From: Candidatus Xenobia bacterium
GTDB taxonomy: Bacteria; Vulcanimicrobiota; Xenobia; Xenobiales; QWHO01
Reading direction: 5' to 3'
Assembly: GCA_045863235.1 (NCBI GenBank)
Contig: BTUM01000102.1
Span: 1 to 25,764 of the forward strand
Length of the DNA stretch: 25,764 bases
Shown: positions 1 to 8,200 of the stretch, piece after piece
How positions within the stretch are numbered: the stretch's first letter is position 1
Layout: each line of letters begins with the position of its first letter
The notes under the pieces: model-generated
Told to the model about the DNA's origin: nothing
Databases searched by the model: none
What the model saw: only the letters and a program-made list of their open reading frames with translations
Program-made: the position numbers and the translations under genes

Positions 1-876
1 GGAGTGTTCGACGAGAAATTCCGCCTTCCGGTAACCGATCTCAGGAACCCTCCGAGCATCCCCGCGACTTCTGCGGTCAACTCCAGCGACAATGTTCTCA
101 GTCTCGGATTTGAGGCCGTTTCTGTGCGATTGGAGGCGGGTGACATTGAGCAGCCACCCACGAACCAGGGCCTCGTCACTCCCCTGGTGGCCACCGTCAA
201 GCTGCGGCACCCTGCGGATGTTCTGCTCATCGACCAGCACGGAAGCCACGACGGCACGATCGATCTCGGTCAGGACAGCGTGCCGCTACGTGGCGACCTC
301 CTGGAGCCATCCGTGCCGCCAGAACAGGGAGGCCTGTCTCTGGACGCGTTCGCGGGAGTGCGGACTCTCTACCTGACCAGCTGCGACGCGCTGGACCTGC
401 ACGACTACAACAACCTGCACCCGGACCACGGTCCCAGCGACCCGGTCGACAACCGTCAATTCGGGGGGCTCTTCTGGCACGCCCTCGCCCAGCACGCCAA
501 CCTTCTCGGCTACTCCGGCCCGGTTCAGTTTCTCGCGGACCAGCCGGCCATGGGTGCCTATCGCACGGAGCTGGTGGCTCGAGGGGGAAAAAGCGAGCCG
601 GCGGCCTGGGTCTGGGCCAACCTCAGGGCCTGGCAGGCAGGCGAAGATGACAGCCTTCTCTATGCCTGTGCGATCGAGAAGAACGATGAAAGCGGAAACA
701 GCAACTACTACTACATTCCGTTCACACGAGTAGTGAATCCGACTACAGGAGAAAGACGGGTTGACCCGCTCTCGGTCACACAGGTGTACCGAGTGCCCAG
801 CACCCAGTGGAACACGGACCCCACCGACCTGACTTTCGGCAACGGGCCGATGCCTTTCGCCATTCCGGTACCATGA
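1..876 (+). CDS. 3' end of a large protein (5'-truncated); C-terminal putative clan CD (caspase-hemoglobinase fold) cysteine protease domain; paralog of the 23585-25764 protein
   Basis: Frame is open from base 1 (GGA GTG TTC...) to TGA at 874-876. Motifs VLLIDQHGSHDG (His codon 238-240) and LYLTSCDALD (Cys codon 382-384), then LGY, AWVWANL, YACAI, NYYY and VYRVPSTQW are all echoed in the right-end paralog. Confidence 0.75.
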   Translation, partial: GVFDEKFRLPVTDLRNPPSIPATSAVNSSDNVLSLGFEAVSVRLEAGDIEQPPTNQGLVTPLVATVKLRHPADVLLIDQHGSHDGTIDLGQDSVPLRGDLLEPSVPPEQGGLSLDAFAGVRTLYLTSCDALDLHDYNNLHPDHGPSDPVDNRQFGGLFWHALAQHANLLGYSGPVQFLADQPAMGAYRTELVARGGKSEPAAWVWANLRAWQAGEDDSLLYACAIEKNDESGNSNYYYIPFTRVVNPTTGERRVDPLSVTQVYRVPSTQWNTDPTDLTFGNGPMPFAIPVP

Positions 877-919
877 TCTGTCGACCGCTCCTATCGTCGC
901 TGATATTTCGGAGGAAGCC

Positions 920-2053
920 ATGCGTAAAGCGATCCTGATCTCGGGTTTAACCCTGCTCTTCTGGCTCTGGCAGGCGGCCGAGTGTACCGGCCAGCCCCCT
1001 CGCCTCTATGAGCCTTTCCAAATGACAGCCGAGTTCCGGCAGGCCGAAGAGCTGGTGACCAGGAAAAAGAAGTTCTCCGAAGGGGTGGAAGCCCTCCTCG
1101 CCCTGGCTGAGGCTCACCCGGACACGACTCTCGGGGCGGTATCCATGAGCAGCGCCGCTTACTGGTGTGCTCAGTTCGACCGCCCTCGCGCCGAGTCCAT
1201 CTACCGCTCGCTGATTGCCGCATACCCGAACTCACGCTTTGAGATTTGTGCAAAGTTGAACCTGCTGAACATGCGGTTTCGCCGTCAGAACATGGAGGGC
1301 TACCTGGTCGAGTGCGATCGGCTGCTGAGCTCTTACGCCGCTCCGACAATTATGCAGGTCCTGGGGGGCGACCGCAGTCGCCTGGCGCGCGAGGCCCGGT
1401 TGCTACCGCTGGAGCTGCAGTACGGCCTGGACGAGGTTTACGCGGAGGCTCGAGCCGCTCTCTCCTGTCAGCTTGAGCGCTATGCCGACGGCCTGAAGGT
1501 GGACCTCTTTCGCCGCCAGGCTTTCGTCGACGTGGACGGGAACGAGAATAACATTGCGGCCAATCTGCGGTATGACCTTTCCTTCCTGCACTATGGCACC
1601 TGGCGGACCGGGATGGGCACACTGTTCGCGAATCCCACGGTCAAGCTGCGCTCACCCCGGGATGGCAAGGTGACCGGACCGCGACCTCGCATCCGGTTCG
1701 AAACCAGCGTGGGCGACATCCGCTTCATCCAGGTCGACCTGTCCAGGATCCAGTTGACGCTGGATGGGCAAGACATGACGCCATATCTGAGCGTCCGGAC
1801 CAAAGTCCCCCATCGTTTGCGGGACGGTCATCCCACGGAGAAGCTGCGTTTCGAGGCCCGTCCCCCGATGAGACTGTCGCCGGGTCTGCACCAGGCACAC
1901 CTCGTCGTGCAAGTCAGCGGCTATCAGGCGAAAAACTCCGGGCCGGGGCAGACTACCTTGACCTGGACCTTTCGCGTCGGCCAGAACCAGGACAACCCTG
2001 AAGACGAGTGCGACGAGTGGGATGATGACAAAGAGTGGGAGCGCGACGACTGA
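920..2053 (+). CDS. Secreted TPR-like helical protein with conserved C-terminal beta-rich (Ig-like) domain and acidic tail; partner of upstream gene
   Basis: RBS GGAGGA at 910-915. Signal-peptide-like N-terminus (MRKAILISGLTLLFWLWQAA). TPR_6/YbgF-like motifs (LAEAHPDT, LIAAYPNS). C-terminal domain is 51/92 identical (ungapped hand count) to 22421-23581. D/E-rich tail. Confidence 0.85.
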   Translation: MRKAILISGLTLLFWLWQAAECTGQPPRLYEPFQMTAEFRQAEELVTRKKKFSEGVEALLALAEAHPDTTLGAVSMSSAAYWCAQFDRPRAESIYRSLIAAYPNSRFEICAKLNLLNMRFRRQNMEGYLVECDRLLSSYAAPTIMQVLGGDRSRLAREARLLPLELQYGLDEVYAEARAALSCQLERYADGLKVDLFRRQAFVDVDGNENNIAANLRYDLSFLHYGTWRTGMGTLFANPTVKLRSPRDGKVTGPRPRIRFETSVGDIRFIQVDLSRIQLTLDGQDMTPYLSVRTKVPHRLRDGHPTEKLRFEARPPMRLSPGLHQAHLVVQVSGYQAKNSGPGQTTLTWTFRVGQNQDNPEDECDEWDDDKEWERDD

Positions 2054-2558
2054 TCGTGACGAGTCCGCGAGATTCGCGCTCACTCGCGTCGGGGCCAACG
2101 ACGAAGCCTCTCATTCTCGGATGCCGGCCTGGTCAATACTTTCTTACTAAATTGAACCACCTCTTGTTGGACCTGAACGACTACAATTCGTGTTTGCCCC
2201 CAAGGAACGGTCTATGGGACCGGGCGGGTGGACCATCTTGTTAGGATACAAGCCTCCCGATACAGCAACCCGGCGAAGCTCGGCCATCGCTCAAAAGAAA
2301 CAGGCTCCTGGTTCTTTTTAGGCGTTTTTAATCATTATTTGTTCATGAGTTGTGTCCGAGAAGTATCACTTGTGACCATTATGTAACCGGGTCCGAAGGG
2401 GCAATTTCTTTGTTATAGCAACGTTCTTAGCCCTGATGGAGGCCCTTTGGGCATGCGAAAGTTGCCGAGAATTGTTTACCTGGAGTTTACGCTTGTTACA
2501 AGTCGGAAACATGGCTGCAACCATCGCCTCCTCCAGGGGACCTATCCTGAGACTCAAG

Positions 2559-4493
2559 ATGGCAGTTCAAAGAAGCAGCAGCAGCTCGGTCTCGCGGTCG
2601 TCTCGGCCGGCCGCGACCACGGCCAAGAGGAGCACTCAGAGCAGCTCCAAGCGGAGCAGCTCAGGCGCAAGCGCCAGCCGAGGGACCAGTCGGACGTCCA
2701 ACCCGTCCAAAGCCCGTTCCACCCAGCGCAACGAGAGCACCACCGCCGCCAGCGCCAAAGCGCGCACCAGCGAGGTCAAGTCGGGCAGCCAGGTCGACAG
2801 CTTCAAGGCGAGCGCTGAGCTGCGCGAAGAGCAGGCCGCCCGGAAGACCCGGGCGGGCGAGGAAGCCGGAACCAGCGCTCTCGTGGCCGGGCTGAACGCC
2901 AATTATGGCGCCCAGGCCGTGGGCTCGCCGCAGAGCAACGGCTCAGTGAGCTCGGTCAGCGCTCCGGGCAGCGGCCAGGATACGGCCGCGCCCAATCGGT
3001 CGGTGGCCTCCCCCGGGGCCCAGGACCCGCGTGCCCAGGATTCCGGCAACCAGAATGGCGCGGCCCAGAACCCTACCGGCACCAATGGCAATGGCACACA
3101 GACCAATGGCACTCAGAGCAACGGCACCGACGGCACTCAGAACGCGGCTGGCACCCAGAGCGGCCAGGCCCCGGGCGAGACGCGCCGCGAAGAGGCGGTG
3201 CGGATCCAGAACCAGGTCGAGGACGGGGTCAAGAAGGGCCAGGAGGCCGGCACCCCTCCCAGCGAGACCGTCAAGCAGCTGCAGCAACAGCTGGGTGACC
3301 CGCCCAAGCTCGACAACGTGTTGACCGTGCACGGCCTGTTCGCCGACGAGAGCTCCTTCAAGACCATGACCGACTACTGGACCTCCACCGGGGTCAACCA
3401 GATGGGCGGAACCATCAAGGGCAGCGACCTGTCCAAGCTGTCCATGGACGAGATCAAGGCCATCAAGGACCCGGGCGAGCTGGCCAAGAGGTTGGGCCTC
3501 AACCACCAGGGCAACATCTTCAACATGCAGTTCTCGGGCAACGCCGCCAACAGCGACGTCAACAAGGCCGAGCTGGCCAAGGCCGTGCAGGTCGTCAGCC
3601 AGCTGCGCGGCGGCGGCATGGTCGACCTGGTGAGCCACAGCAAGGGCGGGGTCGACTCGCGCAACCTGCTCGACAGCGGCCAGGGCGACAAGGTGCGCAG
3701 CCTGACCATGCTGGGCACCCCCAATAAGGGCTCGGGCGTGGCCGACCTGGCCCAGACCCTGCCTGGCCAGCTGGCCACCGACAACCTCTTCGCCACCGAG
3801 CGCACCAACAAGGACCGCGCCGCTCTGCCCGAGCTGGGCAAGGGCAGCAACTTCCTGCAGCGGCTGAACCAGCGCTTCCAGGATCAACTCTCCCGGCTTC
3901 CGGGCGGTGCCCTGGCCATCCAGGGCTCCACTCCCCTGGGCGGCGACGGCGTGGTCTCGCACGACTCAGCCACCGTTCCCGGGGCCATCAACAAGACGGC
4001 CTGGGGCAGCACCCACATCGAGACCCCCGGCTACAACCTGGGCATCACGGCCAGTCCCTCGGTCATCGGTGAGGTCTCCAAGTTCCTGTCTGGACAGCAG
4101 CTCACTCCCGGCCGGGACCTCTACGACGGCATCGGCGGCAGGGCGCTGCACACCGCATCGGATACCCTGGACGCGGGCCTGAACCTGGCCGGCAAGGCTT
4201 ACGACGGGGCCGCTTACTACGCCCAGCAGGGCTGGGATGGGGCCAAGAGCCTGGGCACCCAGGCCGTGCAGGGGGTCAGCAACGCCGCCCAGTCAGGCTG
4301 GGAGGGAGCCAAGTACTACAGCAACCAGGCCTACGAAGGAGCCACCCACTACGGCCAGCAGGGCTGGGAAGGCGCCAAGCACTATGGCAACCAGGCCTAC
4401 GAGGGCGCCGCCTACTACGGCAACCAGGCCTATGATGCGGTCACCACCACGGCCAGTGATACCTGGAATCGATTGACCGGTTTGTTCCGCTAA
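2559..4493 (+). CDS. Lipase/esterase-like alpha/beta hydrolase with long Ser/Gly/Thr-rich disordered N-terminus and 11-aa-repeat C-terminal tail
   Basis: Oxyanion-type VHGL, nucleophile elbow LVSHSKGG, LGTPNKGS, GDGVV (Asp) and STH (His). Start is uncertain (ATG 2436, 2511 or 2559); 2559 was chosen because host-like codon usage begins there. Confidence 0.85.
   Translation: MAVQRSSSSSVSRSSRPAATTAKRSTQSSSKRSSSGASASRGTSRTSNPSKARSTQRNESTTAASAKARTSEVKSGSQVDSFKASAELREEQAARKTRAGEEAGTSALVAGLNANYGAQAVGSPQSNGSVSSVSAPGSGQDTAAPNRSVASPGAQDPRAQDSGNQNGAAQNPTGTNGNGTQTNGTQSNGTDGTQNAAGTQSGQAPGETRREEAVRIQNQVEDGVKKGQEAGTPPSETVKQLQQQLGDPPKLDNVLTVHGLFADESSFKTMTDYWTSTGVNQMGGTIKGSDLSKLSMDEIKAIKDPGELAKRLGLNHQGNIFNMQFSGNAANSDVNKAELAKAVQVVSQLRGGGMVDLVSHSKGGVDSRNLLDSGQGDKVRSLTMLGTPNKGSGVADLAQTLPGQLATDNLFATERTNKDRAALPELGKGSNFLQRLNQRFQDQLSRLPGGALAIQGSTPLGGDGVVSHDSATVPGAINKTAWGSTHIETPGYNLGITASPSVIGEVSKFLSGQQLTPGRDLYDGIGGRALHTASDTLDAGLNLAGKAYDGAAYYAQQGWDGAKSLGTQAVQGVSNAAQSGWEGAKYYSNQAYEGATHYGQQGWEGAKHYGNQAYEGAAYYGNQAYDAVTTTASDTWNRLTGLFR
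4194..4490 (+). repeat. Coding tandem repeat with 33-bp/11-aa period (22-aa super-period)
   Basis: KAYDGAAYYAQ/QGWDGAKSLGT/QAVQGVSNAAQ/SGWEGAKYYSN/QAYEGATHYGQ/QGWEGAKHYGN/QAYEGAAYYGN/QAYDAVTTTAS/DTWNRLTGLFR. CAACCAGGCCTA recurs at DNA level. Confidence 0.85.
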
Positions 4494-4531
4494 ACGAGTC
4501 GGGCCGGGGCTCGGCGGCCGGTGGACAGGGG

Positions 4532-4918
4532 TCAGTCGATGATTCGGACCCCGTACAAACCGAGCACGGGATCCGAGGTGACGATGGCGAGGCCTTCCAC
4601 CAGGCCCTGGGCCACGAGCAAGCGGTCGAAGGGGTCCCGATGGTGGCCGGGCAGTTGGCCGGCGCTGAACGCATGTGTATCCAGGATCGGCAGCGACTGT
4701 ATCCTGTAGCGGGCAAGACGCGTCAGGATAAATCGCTCGGGAGGCTCTGGGAGGGGGAGTCGACCTTGAGCATACTTGATGGCCACCTCCCAGGAGCTGG
4801 CTGCGCTCCAGAAAAGTTGATTGGACGCATTCGCGACGAAGTCTCGAATGCCTGGAGTCAGGCGAGGATCGTCAAGGCCCCACCACAGCAGAATGTGGGT
4901 GTCTACGAGGGCTCGCAC
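4532..4918 (-). CDS. vapC: VapC-family PIN-domain toxin
   Basis: LVDTHILLW, SAASSWEVAIK, HRDPFDRLLVAQ and IVTSD acidic PIN motifs. 128 aa; overlaps the upstream antitoxin. Confidence 0.93.
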   Translation of the reverse strand: MRALVDTHILLWWGLDDPRLTPGIRDFVANASNQLFWSAASSWEVAIKYAQGRLPLPEPPERFILTRLARYRIQSLPILDTHAFSAGQLPGHHRDPFDRLLVAQGLVEGLAIVTSDPVLGLYGVRIID

Positions 4919-5142
4919 CAGAAAGCAGCCAACAACTCGTCCGGCAGGGGCTCAAAGAATGCGTCGCTCACCACGAACAGCCCTCTGTCAGCGCCTGGAA
5001 CCCGGGGTGGAGGAGGTTCGAGCGGCACCAACCGGGCAACTGGCGCGCCGCTGCGGGCGATGACAATTTCCTCGCCCTGCTCGACTGCGGCAATCAGCTC
5101 GGAAAGTCGCGTCTTCGCCTCGTGTATGTTGACCTGCCGCAT
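4903..5142 (-). CDS. Phd/YefM-family antitoxin
   Basis: VNIHEAKTRLSELI...GEEIVIARSGAPVARLVP signature. 79 aa; directly upstream of the PIN toxin. Confidence 0.93.
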   Translation of the reverse strand: MRQVNIHEAKTRLSELIAAVEQGEEIVIARSGAPVARLVPLEPPPPRVPGADRGLFVVSDAFFEPLPDELLAAFWCEPS

Positions 5143-5177
5143 AAACTAACCCTAGTCCACCTGGTCGGGGATGTCAA
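5143..5177 (-). promoter_or_regulatory. Sigma70-type promoter of TA operon 1, probably leaderless
   Basis: Minus strand: TTGACA (5177-5172), 17 nt, TAGGGT (5154-5149), 6 nt, ATG (5142). No SD. Inverted repeat ACTA-N4-TAGT (5145-5156) overlaps the -10 and is a possible operator. Confidence 0.7.
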
Positions 5178-5294
5178 GCAGGATGATGCAAAACCGGTTG
5201 TGGAAGCATCAGCCTGCTACACAATCTGTTGGGCGCAGAGTGATAGCGGCGGTCTCCCGGGAATCCGCCCGCGTGAGGACGAACGCTGCACAGC

Positions 5295-8200
5295 GTGAAG
5301 GTCCCCGAGATTCCGGGCTATCGAATCGACGGCGAGCTCGGGCGCGGAGCGCGCGGGGTGGTCTACCGGGGCAAGCGCGGGGATGTGACCTACGCGGTCA
5401 AGGTCCAGAACGACCCCCAGGATCGCTCCCTCCTGTTCTACGCCACTCTGGCCTGCATCCGCCATCCCGGGCTGCCGGAGATCATCGAAGTGGGGGAAGC
5501 CGCCGGCCGCCCCTACCTGGTGCGCGAGTTCGTCCCCGGCTACACGCTGCAGGCCGAGCTCGAGGCTGGTCCGCTGGAGGAAGGCGAGCTGGTCGAGGTG
5601 GCCAAGATGCTGGCCGGGGGCCTCGACCAGGTTCACCGCCACGGGCTGATCCACCGCGACGTCAAGCCCGCCAACGTGGTCGTCTCCCGAGCCGGGACGG
5701 CCCGGCTGATCGACTTCGGCTTCGCCACCTTCGTGCAGAGCCAGCCCACCGACTCGGCCGTGGGCACCTACCAGTACTCGGCTCCCGAGCAGACCGGCAT
5801 GCTCGACGCCCCCCTCGACCAGCGCACCGACCTCTACGCGCTGGGGGCGGTCCTGTTCCACTGCGCCACCGGACGCCCGCCCTACCAGGCCGAGAGCACC
5901 TCCGAGCTGCTCCGACTGCACGCCTCGGCCCCCATCCCCCTGGTGCGCGACTACAATCCCAAGATCAGCCCGGCCCTGGCCCAGATCATCGAGAAGCTGC
6001 TGGCCAAAGACCCACGCGATCGCTACCAGACGGGCCAGAGCCTGCTGGCCGACCTGCGGGCCCTGACCAAGCTGAACCAGCGCCTGACCGAGGGGCAGCC
6101 CGTGCGGCTGGGCGAGACGGGCCAGGAGCTGCGCCACCAGGCCCAGGCCATGGTGGGCCGCGAGGCCGAGCTCGAAGAGCTGAGCGGGGGACTGGAGCAG
6201 ACCCTGCGCGGACGGGGCGTCTCGGCTCTGATCGAAGGCCAGGGTGGCAGCGGCAAGAGCCTGCTCTCCCAGGAGTTCCTGCGGCGCGCCCAGAGCCAGC
6301 GCCCCCTGGTGCTGGAGGCGCGCTGCATGCAGGGCCAGGTTCCCTTCGCCTCCATCCGGGCCTGGGTGGACAGCTTCTTCGCCCGCCTGGGCACCCTGCC
6401 GCCCGTGCAGCGCCAGCCCATCGAAAGCGAGCTGCGCAAGTTCGCCACCGAGCGGGCCGGCTTTCTGGCCCGCCTGGGCCCCTCGGCGGCCAGCTTCTTC
6501 GGAGCGCAGCCCGAGGAGGGCACCGGCGATCAGGTCTTCGAGTGCGCGGCGCGATTCTTCCTCGAGCTGGCCCGCATCCACGGGTCGGCCGTGCTGCTGC
6601 TCGACGACGCGCACCAGCTCGATGAAGCCGGTCACGCCGTGCTGCGCCGCCTGCGGCTGCGGCTGAGCGAGGCCCCCCTGATGCTGCTGGCCACCGCCCG
6701 CCCCGGTCCCGGGCTCGACCTCTACCTGGACACGGCCGTGCCCACCACCCGGCTGGTGCTCAACCCCCTCACCCGGGCCGAGGTGGAGCTGATGGTCTAC
6801 GCCCTGCTCGGCTCGCGCCCCATCAACCCCGAGCTGGTCGAGCTGATCACCGAGCGCAGCCAGGGCAACCCCTTCACCGTGCAAGAGTACGTGCGGGCCA
6901 TGCTGGTCTCGGGAGCGGTGCTCCCCTCGCTGGAAGGCTGGCGCCTGGAGCACCGGGCCCTGCAGGGGCTCAAGCTCTCCGACGACATTCTGGAGCTGGT
7001 GTTACAGCGGATCAGCGCGCTGGACGAGAGCCTTCGCAGCTGGCTCACCACGGCCGCAGTCTACGGCACGCGTTTTTCGCTCGACGATCTGGCGGCCGTG
7101 GAAGGCTCCGCCCTGAACCTGGAGCCCGCCGTGCGGGCCAACGTGATCGAGCGCTCCGGGCCCTCCACCTACCTCTTCGTGCACGACCGCATCCGGGAAG
7201 CCTTCCTCAGCGAGCTCGACCCCGAGCGCTCCCGTCAGTTGCATCGCAAGCTGGCCGTGGGCCTGGAGCCTCTGATGACCACCCGCCCCGAACTGAGTTA
7301 CGCCGTGGCTCGCCACTACGCCCTGGGCGAGGGCCGCAGCACCCGGGTCTACGAGACCAACCTCACGGCCGGCAGCATGGCCCTGCGCGACTTCGCCTTC
7401 GAGGACGCTTACCAGTTCCTCACTCAGGCCCGCCAGGCCGCCGAGCGAGGCCGCTCGGACTGGATGGAGCCCCTCAGCCTGGCCTGCGAGCGCACCAACC
7501 GGGTCGAGGAAGCCATCGCCCTGATCGAGCAGATCCTGGAAGCCAGACCTCCCGCCCTGGCCCGGGCCCAGTGCCTGCACCGCCTGTCCAAGCTGCGATT
7601 GTCCAAGCTCGACCGGGCCCAGGCGCGGGCCGGCTGTCAGCAGGCGCTGGCGGCCATGAGCCAGCCGGTGCTCGATCATCCCCTCTGGAACGTGCTGGCG
7701 GCCGGCAGCTACTTCACGCTCTGGCTGCTGGCCGACTGGACCGGGCTGGGCAAGAAGCGCCTGCAGGGCGAGGCGCGCCGGCGCCAGGAGACGCTGGCCG
7801 AGCTCTACCAGAGCTACTCCGAGGGCGAGTACTTCGAGATGCACTATCCCAAGATGCTCGAGATGGGAGCCCGCGCCTGCCTGACCGGCCACGGCCTGGG
7901 CCCCTCCCCCCAGCTGATCACCAGCTACGCCAACATGATGGTCTTTTTCGGCATGCTGCGAAAGAGCGAGCTGGTCGAGCGTCGAGCTCGCCAGATCGAG
8001 GCCCTGAGCGACAAGCTGGGCGACCCGGTCAGCCACAGCCACCTGCAGGTGATGCGCCACGTGGCCCTGCACATCGCCGGCCAGTGCGGCGCGGTGGACG
8101 ACGGGCTGGACCGCACCCTCCTGCAGAAAGGCCACCTCACCGAGCCCTGGGTCTACCTGATCGGGGTGGCCGACCTGGCCTGGGTGCTCATGATGCGGGG

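Noticed and set aside
2316..2331. TTTTAG-N4-TTTTAA as a further copy of the TTTCAG motif
   Set aside because: Wrong period, mismatched hexamers and no -10 box at the expected distance.
2180..2480. Fragments resembling a c-di-GMP-I riboswitch (GGCAAAC; GGGTCCGAAGG)
   Set aside because: The pieces are on different strands or out of order and the GACGCAAAGC core is absent.
2035..2557. Short ORFs 2035..2244+ and 2366..2557-, and the 2436 start extension of the lipase
   Set aside because: No RBS or recognisable motifs and atypical composition; treated as intergenic.
4194..4490. 33-bp periodic repeats as a possible CRISPR array
   Set aside because: In-frame, degenerate at codon third positions, no unique spacers and no cas genes.
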